Source: Bacilli bacterium (GTDB taxonomy: Bacteria > Bacillota > Bacilli > JACDOE01). From it: a stretch of 64,000 bases of DNA. A program made the position numbers and the translations under genes. A model generated the notes under the pieces. It was not told where the DNA came from. It ran no database searches and was given only the letters and a program-made list of their open reading frames with translations. Position 1 is the first letter of the stretch. Each line of letters begins with the position of its first letter. The DNA is taken from positions 70,029 through 134,028 of the forward strand of contig JAWLDF010000005.1 of assembly GCA_041686735.1 (NCBI GenBank), in the 5' to 3' direction. Below, in pieces: positions 1 to 8,291 of this stretch.

Positions 1-466
1 GGTAAAGCCGTCACGGGCGCCGCGTACCACACGTTCAATATCCGGTTCTTCCGGATTGCGGGCGGGGTATGTGCGGGCATCGATCACCAGCGCCTCATCA
101 TAGCCGTCGATTAATAAAACCAGAGGACCGGATAAAATGGCGGTAATGAGTTTGTCCATATCATGTTCTTTTTCTACTTCCAGATAACCAATTTCCGTGA
201 GTAATAACCTGGAGATGAAATCGGGAGCGAGGTCGTGTCTTTCCAGTCTAGCGAGGTGATTTAAGATCAAGAGCATCATATCATCTTTGGCGAATCCGTC
301 TACAAAATAGAGGTTCATCTTTTTGCCTGCGAATTGAAGGGGTTTGCTGATCAAATCGAAGCTTTTATCCACTGCCAGGGCCTGATCGAGAAAATCGGTA
401 TTTTCACTCAATTTCCGTCCGAGTTGTTTTCGTTCCTGTACATCCTGCTTTTTGGCGTCCTTCATC
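1..466 (-). CDS. Spore germination protein, GerA-family A subunit. N-terminal part only; the gene continues beyond the window edge.
   Basis: The reverse-strand translation from an ATG near 466 reads MKDAKKQDVQERKQLGRKL...ITAILSGPLVLLIDGYDEALVIDARTYPARNPEEPDIERVVRGARDGF, typical of the GerAA/GerKA N-terminal domain. A GGAGGG RBS sits upstream. The ORF runs off the left edge. Confidence 0.6.
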
Positions 467-633
467 TGTCACCCTCCGGCTGTTTCACTGGTTGTTTTCA
501 CTTTTAACAGTATAGACAGAAAGAGCAACCTGCATTCAGTTGCAATCGGGCCTGTGATTCCTGTTTAATATAGATATTGGTGTATGATTGATTCAGGGTA
601 ACTTTGTATTCTTCGTGCTGGAGGTAAACGACA

Positions 634-1821
634 TTGAACAGACGGTTATGGATTATCGCAGCGATTTTAGTCAATATTTTTATCGGATTCGGTCTGGTCA
701 TCCCCGTGATGCCGGTGATGGTACAGGAAGCCGGGGCAGCGCCTTTTCATCTGGGGATGATGCTGTCGCTCTACTCCGCTGTCTCCTTTTTTGTATCTCC
801 TCTGTGGGGAGCGTTGTCCGACCGCATTGGAAGACGTCCTGTAATCATGAGCGGCTTGATGGGATTCAGTATCAGTTTTGCCCTGTTCGGGATCTCGGCG
901 GAAAATCTGTGGTTGATGTATGCCTCCCGCGTACTGGGCGGATTTTTTTCGGGGGCAGCCACATCCAGTGCCATTGCATATATCGCTGATATCACGACGG
1001 ATGAAGAACGTACGAAAGGCATGGGGCTGGCCGGAGCAGCCATCGGTCTCGGATTTATCTTCGGGCCGGCGATGGGAGGATTGCTCAGTGGTTTCGGTTA
1101 CTCCGTACCCTTTTTTGCCTCGGCTGTCCTGTCCATCATTACGCTGTTATTTGCCCGCCGTTTTTTGACGGAATCCCTAACAGCGGAAAAAATGGCTTCG
1201 GCCGGGAAAAACAAAGACAGGAAAACCTCCCGCTGGGAAGCTTTTGCCGGGGCATTAAAATACTTATATGTTCTATCATTCTTTGTTACCTTCACGCTGG
1301 CCGGTCTGGAAAGTACGTTGCAGTATTTTGAGATGTCGGTCATCGGTGCTTCGACTGAAGAGATCGGGATCATGTTTGCCGTCAGCGGCATCGTGGGAGC
1401 TTTGATTCAGGGGGGTGTGGTGCGAAGATTTGTAAAAAAGGGAATGGAAGGGAGGACCATCCTGATCGGGTTGGTCCTTTCGGGAATCGGATTCCTCTTG
1501 ATCACCCAATCCGGCAGTTTCTGGACAGCCACTCTGTATGTCGCCATATTCGGGGCAGGTAACGCCCTCATCCGACCCTGTGTGACTTCGCTGATCACGC
1601 AAAAAACGAGGGTCTCACACGGGATTGCGTCTGGGTTGATTTCATCGATGGACAGTCTGGGCCGCATCTCCGGCCCTTTGCTCGGTACCCTGCTTTATCA
1701 AATGGATATTCGCCTCCCCTTTTTGTCGGGGGCCGTGTTGTCCTTCGCCGCCATTTTATTGCTTGTCGGATTCTATGCCGGCACACGTCGGGAACAACAG
1801 GTACTGACCGGTCAAAATTAA
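634..1821 (+). CDS. MFS transporter (DHA1/TetA-like drug:H+ antiporter)
   Basis: 395 aa with 12 predicted TM segments and the MFS motif GALSDRIGRRPV. TTG start, with a GGAGG RBS 9 nt upstream. Confidence 0.8.
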   Translation: MNRRLWIIAAILVNIFIGFGLVIPVMPVMVQEAGAAPFHLGMMLSLYSAVSFFVSPLWGALSDRIGRRPVIMSGLMGFSISFALFGISAENLWLMYASRVLGGFFSGAATSSAIAYIADITTDEERTKGMGLAGAAIGLGFIFGPAMGGLLSGFGYSVPFFASAVLSIITLLFARRFLTESLTAEKMASAGKNKDRKTSRWEAFAGALKYLYVLSFFVTFTLAGLESTLQYFEMSVIGASTEEIGIMFAVSGIVGALIQGGVVRRFVKKGMEGRTILIGLVLSGIGFLLITQSGSFWTATLYVAIFGAGNALIRPCVTSLITQKTRVSHGIASGLISSMDSLGRISGPLLGTLLYQMDIRLPFLSGAVLSFAAILLLVGFYAGTRREQQVLTGQN

Positions 1822-1839
1822 CATAAGGAGCTGACGGGT

Positions 1840-2622
1840 ATGGCTGAGTTCACCTATAAGAATCACATCATTCATTATACGGATGAGGGAGAAGGACCTG
1901 CTCTGGTTTTCATACACGGACTTGGCGGGAACAGTATCAACTGGCTGTATCAAAGGCAATTTTTCAAAAAAAATTATCGTGTGCTGGTACCGGACCTGCC
2001 GGGGCATGGTCGTTCACGGGATGCACAAGAAATTCCCTTTGAGGAGTTTCACCTCCTCATTCATCAGTGGTTACGGGAACATCTGGGTATTGATGAGGCC
2101 ATCATCTGCGGAATCTCCATGGGGGGACGCGTCGCCATTGACCTGGCTGCCTATTACAATGATATGATTCGGGGACTGATTCTGGCAGATACATTTGCGT
2201 ATATTGATGACGAAGCTCAAGAGAAAAGGCGCCGCATTTTTTCCCTTTTAAATGAGGAAAATGGTGTGGACCTCTGGATACAACAGGTTGTCAGAGAAAT
2301 GGGGATAGATCCTGAAAGCGCAATTGCAAAAGGATTTCATAAAGGAATGCGAGAAAACGATGTGGCATTTATCCACCGCTTATTTTTAAAATTGCAGGAC
2401 ATTGACCAGCGGGACAGGCTGCGAAATATCGATGCGCCCACCCTTGTCTTGCACGGTGAACGGGACCGGTTTATCCCCCCGGAATGCGGGAGAGAACTGG
2501 AAAGGCTCATTCCGCGTGCCCGCTTGCAAATGATTGCGGACAGCGGTCATCTTCCGCACGTTGAACAACCCCGAACATTTAATCAATATCTTGAAACATT
2601 TTTAAAAGAAATTACAGAGTAA
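1840..2622 (+). CDS. Alpha/beta-hydrolase fold protein (MenH/enol-lactonase-like)
   Basis: Nucleophile elbow GISMGG, the HGLGGN start of the fold, and a C-terminal DSGHLPHVEQP histidine. 260 aa. Confidence 0.75.
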   Translation: MAEFTYKNHIIHYTDEGEGPALVFIHGLGGNSINWLYQRQFFKKNYRVLVPDLPGHGRSRDAQEIPFEEFHLLIHQWLREHLGIDEAIICGISMGGRVAIDLAAYYNDMIRGLILADTFAYIDDEAQEKRRRIFSLLNEENGVDLWIQQVVREMGIDPESAIAKGFHKGMRENDVAFIHRLFLKLQDIDQRDRLRNIDAPTLVLHGERDRFIPPECGRELERLIPRARLQMIADSGHLPHVEQPRTFNQYLETFLKEITE

Positions 2623-2683
2623 ATCATAGCAAAGGGCCCCCCGGCGAGCAGTTAACACCACACGCGTGAGGGCCCTTAAACAT

Positions 2684-2923
2684 TTAGTGGGGAATGGAAC
2701 GGTTGATTTGATGAAAAACCTGCTCAGCCGTCTGCCCATCTGCATTAATGACCGGGATCCCCGATTCCGTTTCCTGCATCCCCATCATATTTTTATCGAT
2801 TCCGCTGATCACAACGGCATCTACATCTTTCTGCTCATTTCCCAGCTGAACTACGGTGTAACCGTTATTGCGCAGCATTTCGGAAATATGGTCCAAATTT
2901 TCTTCAACGGCAATTCGCGGCAA
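2684..2923 (-). CDS. UPF0180 family small protein (YkuS-like)
   Basis: 79 aa, MPRIAVEENLDHISEMLRNNGYTVVQL..., resembling Bacillus YkuS. TTG start preceded by AGGAGGTGGAG. Confidence 0.6.
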   Translation of the reverse strand: MPRIAVEENLDHISEMLRNNGYTVVQLGNEQKDVDAVVISGIDKNMMGMQETESGIPVINADGQTAEQVFHQINRSIPH

Positions 2924-2977
2924 CGCTTCTCCACCTCCTGCCTTTTATCCTGTCCTGACTGAATGGGGGTTTCCCCC

Positions 2978-3151
2978 TGGTCAACTGATTCTGCGATGTC
3001 TTTGAAACATCATCTTGACAGAGAAAGGAATCATTCCAAACCAGCGCAACATCCAGGTTTCCTTTGATCTTTGTTTTCGCTGCTGGCGGGGAGTTTCCAT
3101 ATATTTCACGAGTTCCTGAGTCAAAAACTTGACCAGATCCTGAGATGACAT
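2978..3151 (-). CDS. Small protein, YqzE-like (57 aa); absent from the ORF track
   Basis: Reverse-strand ATG with a GGAG RBS 9 nt upstream. Translation MSSQDLVKFLTQELVKYMETPRQQRKQRSKETWMLRWFGMIPFSVKMMFQRHRRIS resembles the Bacillus YqzE/DUF3886 small proteins. Confidence 0.35.
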
Positions 3152-3209
3152 GATCATCAACTCCTTTAAAACGATCCGTTACTCGTATTGTGAACCATTT
3201 GATACGGGT

Positions 3210-3737
3210 TTATTCAACCTGATCCTTAAGATCCTTTACTCTTCCCGGAAAGATCAAACGGCAAATTTCATCTACAGATAAATGGGAAGTATCAATGGTC
3301 AAATGGGCAAAGTCGTATTTTCCCGACCGCTGTTGCAAAAGTTCTCTGACTTTTTTTTCGGGATCATCTCCGGCAAGGAGGGGTCTTTGCCCATCGTGGC
3401 GCACACGTTCCACAACCGCTTCAGGGGACGCTGTCAGGGCAACCACAAGTCCTCCTTTTAACATCAACTCAACATTTTCAGGGCGAAGGACAATGCCGCC
3501 CCCCGTCGTGATGATCTGTTCTTCTTCAGCAAGCAGGTGATGTAATATACGGCTTTCCTGTTCACGGAAAAACGACTCCCCTTTTGTGGAAAAAATATCC
3601 GGAATCGTTTGTCCGAGTTGCTCCTCAATCAGAGCATCCGTATCGATATGTTTCCAGCCGCTCAACTCGGCCAGCCTTTTCCCCACCGTGGTTTTTCCTG
3701 TTCCCATGAATCCTGTGAGAATAATGTTTTTTTTCAA
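3210..3737 (-). CDS. aroK: Shikimate kinase
   Basis: P-loop GFMGTGKTTVGK and shikimate kinase family conservation across 175 aa. Confidence 0.85.
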   Translation of the reverse strand: MKKNIILTGFMGTGKTTVGKRLAELSGWKHIDTDALIEEQLGQTIPDIFSTKGESFFREQESRILHHLLAEEEQIITTGGGIVLRPENVELMLKGGLVVALTASPEAVVERVRHDGQRPLLAGDDPEKKVRELLQQRSGKYDFAHLTIDTSHLSVDEICRLIFPGRVKDLKDQVE

Positions 3738-3803
3738 AATCGCGTCCCCCTTTTATTCGACACAGTTGTTGCTCAATCTCCTGCGTTTAACCATCCGCTT
3801 GGG

Positions 3804-3852
3804 TAAAAAAGGGCTGTTCAAAAGAGTGGCGACTCTTAAGAACAGCCCCTTC
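3804..3852 (-). terminator. Rho-independent terminator downstream of the zinc-peptidase gene
   Basis: On the minus strand, GGGCTGTTC...GAACAGCCC forms a hairpin followed by TTTTTTACC. Confidence 0.5.
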
Positions 3853-3875
3853 CCATAACATACCTGCGAATTGTA

Positions 3876-4562
3876 TTATTCGTCACTCGGCTGTAAAAAG
3901 ATCAGCACAAAACGAATCAATTCAAACAATGCCACAAGTGCGCTGGCTACATAAGTCAATGCGGCAGCGCCCAGCACTTTGTTGACGCCTCGTTCCTCAT
4001 TGTTGCGAATCATGCCTTCTTGAAGCATAAACACCTTCGCACGACTGCTTGCATTAAACTCTACCGGCAGAGTAACCAGTTGAAAGGCGACTGCAGCTGA
4101 AAAGAAAATGATTCCCAGCATAATCAAATCGGACCATTGAAACAAAATTCCCCCGATCAAAAGCATCGGAGCCATGGATGATCCGAAATTGGCAACCGGA
4201 AACATGCGGTGGCGAAGCACCAGTGCTCCATAAGCTTCCTTATGCTGAACGGCATGGCCCACCTCGTGGGCTGCAACCGAAACGGACGCGATCGAATTCC
4301 CGTAGTAAACCGGTTCTGACAGACGGACGCTTCGTGAAACCGGATCATAGTGGTCCGTTAATTTTCCGGGGACAGGTTCTACGGGAACATCATATAATCC
4401 GTTGCGGTCCAGAATACGACGGGCAACTTCAGCACCGGTTAATCCGGATGACGCCGCAATTTTCGACCATTTGCTAAAATTCCCTTTGACCCGAAACTGG
4501 GCCCAGATTGATAAAATAAATGCAGCAATCGTCAATAAATACATTAACCCGATAAGAGACAT
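3876..4562 (-). CDS. Membrane zinc metallopeptidase (PF04298-like neutral zinc metallopeptidase)
   Basis: HEVGHAVQH zinc-binding motif flanked by TM segments. 228 aa. Confidence 0.7.
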   Translation of the reverse strand: MSLIGLMYLLTIAAFILSIWAQFRVKGNFSKWSKIAASSGLTGAEVARRILDRNGLYDVPVEPVPGKLTDHYDPVSRSVRLSEPVYYGNSIASVSVAAHEVGHAVQHKEAYGALVLRHRMFPVANFGSSMAPMLLIGGILFQWSDLIMLGIIFFSAAVAFQLVTLPVEFNASSRAKVFMLQEGMIRNNEERGVNKVLGAAALTYVASALVALFELIRFVLIFLQPSDE

Positions 4563-4584
4563 GTATGTGATAACCTCCTTTTTG

Positions 4585-5019
4585 TCACAACAGATACATT
4601 GTTTCGTGTAAAATGGCCAGAGTGACCTGCGCCATCGATACTCCCTTTACTGCCATGTCTTGAACGGCCTGTCTCAATTCCTTATGATCCCTGACATGAC
4701 GGAGCATCGGTTCAAGTTCGCGTAAATCTTCCTCTACTTTTTTCATCTGTTCCTGTATAATCATCATTTTGTTTAGGACATCATGTTTGGGGACTTTCTG
4801 CATTTGCGAGAGCTTCGATTTGATTTCCTGCAACGAATATTTCTCATTTTTCATTCGTTCGATTAACTTTAAAGTTGTCAAACATGATTCAGAATATAAA
4901 CGATAATTTCCGCTGCTTCTCTCCTCCGGTTTAATCAACCCCAGATTGGTATAATAATCGATGGTCCGCGTCGAAACATTGGCCTTTGCAGCAAGTTCAC
5001 CAATTTTATAGAGTTGCAC
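4585..5019 (-). CDS. MerR family transcriptional regulator
   Basis: N-terminal HTH YKIGELAAKANVSTRTIDYYTNLGLI followed by a coiled-coil C-terminus. The likely start is a GTG downstream of the listed ORF start, with a GAGGGGGG RBS. Confidence 0.8.
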   Translation of the reverse strand: MQLYKIGELAAKANVSTRTIDYYTNLGLIKPEERSSGNYRLYSESCLTTLKLIERMKNEKYSLQEIKSKLSQMQKVPKHDVLNKMMIIQEQMKKVEEDLRELEPMLRHVRDHKELRQAVQDMAVKGVSMAQVTLAILHETMYLL

Positions 5020-5100
5020 CCCCGAACCATCCCCCCTCAAGTATGATTTGCAAATGATATCACCTTTATTTTACCATTAACAAAACTATACAGTCAAACG

Positions 5101-6603
5101 TTATGGTTTGAGTTCCGGGTCGGTGATTCCCTGTCGGTGTGTACGTTCCAAGTTTTGAAGGAAATAGTTCACGTCGCTTCCCATCACCTCGCCCAGGGCC
5201 TCGTCCAGTTGTTCGGGTCCTACGATGGTATGTACGTATTTTCGATTTAAAAGTTTCAAAAAATCGTTGTATTTTTCTTCACCGATGTAAAGCTGGAGAT
5301 TTCGAAACAACATTGCTGATTTACTGTACCATGCATTGTGATATTCCGTATAATTTTTGAACTGATACAGGTCTTTCCCCATTTTCTCGCCGGGGTATCC
5401 CCATTGTAATTGCCGCCAGCCTTGATCATACTGGCGCCATTTCCGGGCAGACCGCTCTTCACCGTATCGTTCCCGCAAATAATCAACGACACTGACTTCG
5501 GCAAGTCCTTCATCAATCCACCCATAAAGAGGTTCCAGCGTGCTGACCGAATTATACCACCACAAATGAGCAATTTCATGCGGCAACCAGTGTTCAATCC
5601 GATTCTGAACATGCATGTCTACTGAATAAATTGCCATGTTTCCGTATTCCATGGCAAAAACGGTACCCGGCCCCGTTTCTGCAACCGCTGCATAAGGAGT
5701 GGACAGTCCGCCATACAGTCTTGTGTAGATGGAGAAAGCGTAGTCCACCATCGTCATCACTTTATCTTTCATATCTTCACGCAGCAGGGCGACCGAGATC
5801 TCCGTATCTCCGATTTTGATCCGTTCAATGTGATAACGGGTACTGCCGGCCAGCACAAAATTCAGCACATTGCGGGCTTCCCATACCGTTTCCCTGTACC
5901 CGTTTTTATCAGATTCTTCCCTTTTCTCTCCGCTGGTGACCCATTGAATATCGGAAGGTGCCGTGAAAATAACCCGATAATCGCCGTGTTGATAATAAAA
6001 AGGATCACCTCCGTGGGCTGCCGGTAATTCAGGTTGATACCAGTCACCGTTTTTATCCAGTACGCCCAGAATGGGATACCAGTGGGTCAACAACCACACA
6101 TCGTCTTTATATCCGAAGCGCGTTCCCGACCGAGGGACCGGGGCGCGAAATTGAATAAAAAGTTCTATGCGTTCCCGTTTGCGATACGGGTTTTCCACTT
6201 TCACCACTCTTTGTTGGCGAAAAAAAGAAAGCTCTCTTCCACCCGACGATATTTTGGTGATTTCAAGCGGTGCGGATGGATAGTCATACAAATAAAGCCA
6301 GATCTCATCGGTGCCGGGATGATCGAAACGGATACGCATCTCTCCCCGGACTTCGATCCCTTCGGTATCCAGTTGAGCGCTGATTTCATATTGCGGATGT
6401 AACGGCTTAATCAAAGAATCAACCTGCCGGGATCGGGAAGTCAGTTGCACCCGCTCCTCTCCTTCCTGTGAATCAGGGAGAGTTGCCGCCGGTTCCTGCT
6501 GAAGATTCCCGTAAATCATCCAAATCCAGATGATTCCCGTCACCAGGGTCGATGAGATGATTGTCAATATCATGCTGACTTTCAACAATGAGTTCTTTCC
6601 CAT
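5101..6603 (-). CDS. M1-family (gluzincin) zinc metallopeptidase with N-terminal membrane anchor
   Basis: HEIAHLWW followed by a glutamate (EGLAE) about 19 residues later is the HExxH-E gluzincin signature. An N-terminal TM segment is present. 500 aa. Confidence 0.7.
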   Translation of the reverse strand: MGKNSLLKVSMILTIISSTLVTGIIWIWMIYGNLQQEPAATLPDSQEGEERVQLTSRSRQVDSLIKPLHPQYEISAQLDTEGIEVRGEMRIRFDHPGTDEIWLYLYDYPSAPLEITKISSGGRELSFFRQQRVVKVENPYRKRERIELFIQFRAPVPRSGTRFGYKDDVWLLTHWYPILGVLDKNGDWYQPELPAAHGGDPFYYQHGDYRVIFTAPSDIQWVTSGEKREESDKNGYRETVWEARNVLNFVLAGSTRYHIERIKIGDTEISVALLREDMKDKVMTMVDYAFSIYTRLYGGLSTPYAAVAETGPGTVFAMEYGNMAIYSVDMHVQNRIEHWLPHEIAHLWWYNSVSTLEPLYGWIDEGLAEVSVVDYLRERYGEERSARKWRQYDQGWRQLQWGYPGEKMGKDLYQFKNYTEYHNAWYSKSAMLFRNLQLYIGEEKYNDFLKLLNRKYVHTIVGPEQLDEALGEVMGSDVNYFLQNLERTHRQGITDPELKP

Positions 6604-6664
6604 AAAAGCGACATCCTTTTTTCGATTTCAATGATTACTTCTTTCTTTCTCGTTCAATTCCTGT

Positions 6665-7357
6665 TTATTCGTCATATTGAATGCGCCGAACGCCGTCAAT
6701 TCCTTTTAATTTCTCGATGACTCCCACCACATCAACGCGCTGGGAAAAAGAGAGTTGCAAATCGATTTCAATATACCCATCATCATAATCTTCATCGGAA
6801 ATATTTATTTTGCGAATGTTTACCCCTTCTTCGCCCAATTTGGATGCGATTTGTCCGAGCATTCCGGGTTGATCTTTTAAAATCAGGGTCAAACCGCGAT
6901 GCTGATCTCCCCGGATCATGCGCGTTTCAATTTTACGAACCAGATACATCATGACCAGTACGAGAAAAACGGTAACAACTGCCGGTATGTAATATCCCGC
7001 TCCCACACTCAGACCGATTGCGGCAACGACCCACAGCGTGGCTGCGGTGGTTAAACCTGAAATAATCATATTGGACTGGCGCAGGATGGCGCCGGCACCG
7101 ATAAAACCGATCCCGCTCACCACCTGTGCAGCCAGGCGGGCAGGATCAAAACGGGCATTGGGATGGTCGTTAAAATCGCTGAATCCGTATATGGAAAGTA
7201 ACATGATCAAAGCCGATCCGACTGAAACGAGAAGATGGGTTTTCAGGCCGGCCTGCTTGTTTCGTTGTTCCCTTTCCCATCCAATGACAGCTCCGAGTAA
7301 GGCGGCGACAAACAGGCGAAACATACTTTCCCAGTTGAACATAGCCAAGTCTGACAT
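6665..7357 (-). CDS. MgtC/SapB family membrane protein with C-terminal ACT-like domain
   Basis: MgtC N-terminal signature LFVAALLGAVIGWEREQRNKQAGLKTHLLV. 230 aa, with an AGGGGGG RBS. Confidence 0.8.
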   Translation of the reverse strand: MSDLAMFNWESMFRLFVAALLGAVIGWEREQRNKQAGLKTHLLVSVGSALIMLLSIYGFSDFNDHPNARFDPARLAAQVVSGIGFIGAGAILRQSNMIISGLTTAATLWVVAAIGLSVGAGYYIPAVVTVFLVLVMMYLVRKIETRMIRGDQHRGLTLILKDQPGMLGQIASKLGEEGVNIRKINISDEDYDDGYIEIDLQLSFSQRVDVVGVIEKLKGIDGVRRIQYDE

Positions 7358-7392
7358 GTGGATTCCCCCCTGTGGAAATAAAAATCAGGCAT

Positions 7393-7731
7393 CTAGATTG
7401 AGGCCTGATTTGCTTCTTCGCTTTCTAAAATGGTTTTACGCTTCGCAGATAGCAAAGCGGCATCCATTTGAATGTCAAATTCCTTTGCTTCATCCGGTCT
7501 GGAGTTGTCATAGTTGGTCGGTATCAGATGTTTGTAAGACGGCTCCACTTTTTTTACAAAATGCAGCTTTTGAATGCGGCGCATGGTCTCATCAAAATTG
7601 TCCGCATCTACATACATCGACACATATTTCAACCGCCGTGATATAAAGTGAATACTTCCGAATCTGCGAAGGTTGCGAGCCGTTTTTGTGTTTTTGACCC
7701 ATACAGCAAGACCCAAACGTTTAACCGTCAT
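7393..7731 (-). CDS. ylbG: UPF0298 protein YlbG
   Basis: From MTVKRLGLAVWVKNTKTARNLRRFGSIHFISRRLKYVSMYVDADNFDETMRRIQKLHFVKKVEPSYK the sequence matches the YlbG family. The longer track ORF to 7923 has no YlbG-like extension. A GGGGAG RBS precedes this ATG. Confidence 0.75.
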   Translation of the reverse strand: MTVKRLGLAVWVKNTKTARNLRRFGSIHFISRRLKYVSMYVDADNFDETMRRIQKLHFVKKVEPSYKHLIPTNYDNSRPDEAKEFDIQMDAALLSAKRKTILESEEANQASI

Positions 7732-7783
7732 CTTTTTCTCCCCTTCAATCTGTATTCGTATCATGTCGGATCTATGAATATTT

Positions 7784-8245
7784 TCAGGATGTTCTGCAAC
7801 CGCAGGAACCTCCGGTACCGCAGCCGGTACCGCAGCCGCCCCCTCCAACAGATAATAACGGATGGTCACTGGGGACTTTGATGGTGTCAGAAACCGCTCC
7901 GGCAATGATTTTACTGACTTCAAACAAGAGTTCTTCCAATTTGAACTCGGCCTGTTTGAAACGGGAAACCACTTCGAGTCGTTCCAGTTCCCGTTTTAGT
8001 TGCCGTGTCTCCTTCGTCACCCGTTCGTAATCCGGGTGCCACTTGCCGAATCGCTGAACCTCTTCATATTCATCCTTTTTTATTTGAAAAGCGGATATTT
8101 TACGCTGTGCTTCCCGGTCCTGCTCAAGTTCTTTTTTGCAGGCAATATAATGAGCCATGGTTTCAGAACGACAGATGAGTTCCGACAACTCGCCGGCTTC
8201 AGCCAAAAGCGTTGCCGCATCAAGTACAGTCTCTTCCTTCAACAA
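7784..8245 (-). CDS. ylbF: YlbF/YmcA-family regulatory protein (competence, sporulation and biofilm control) with Cys/Gly-rich C-terminal tail
   Basis: YEEVQRFGKWHPDYERVTKETRQLKRELERLE plus the terminal GGGGCGTGCGTGGSCGC tail typical of YlbF. TTG start with a GGAAGGGGTGA RBS. Confidence 0.8.
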   Translation of the reverse strand: MLKEETVLDAATLLAEAGELSELICRSETMAHYIACKKELEQDREAQRKISAFQIKKDEYEEVQRFGKWHPDYERVTKETRQLKRELERLEVVSRFKQAEFKLEELLFEVSKIIAGAVSDTIKVPSDHPLLSVGGGGCGTGCGTGGSCGCRTS

Positions 8246-8291
8246 GGACTGTCACCCCTTCCTTCATGCTATTGTAACATGAAACACGGGA

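Noticed and set aside
588-989. 133-aa plus-strand ORF overlapping the MFS transporter start
   Set aside because: It overlaps the well-supported MFS gene in another frame. No RBS and a compositionally biased translation.
7732-7923. N-terminal 64-aa extension of the ylbG ORF in the track
   Set aside because: YlbG homologs begin at MTVKRLG, which has a GGGGAG RBS. The extension is low-complexity Ala/Pro/Val, and its upstream part overlaps the 3' end of ylbF (7784..).
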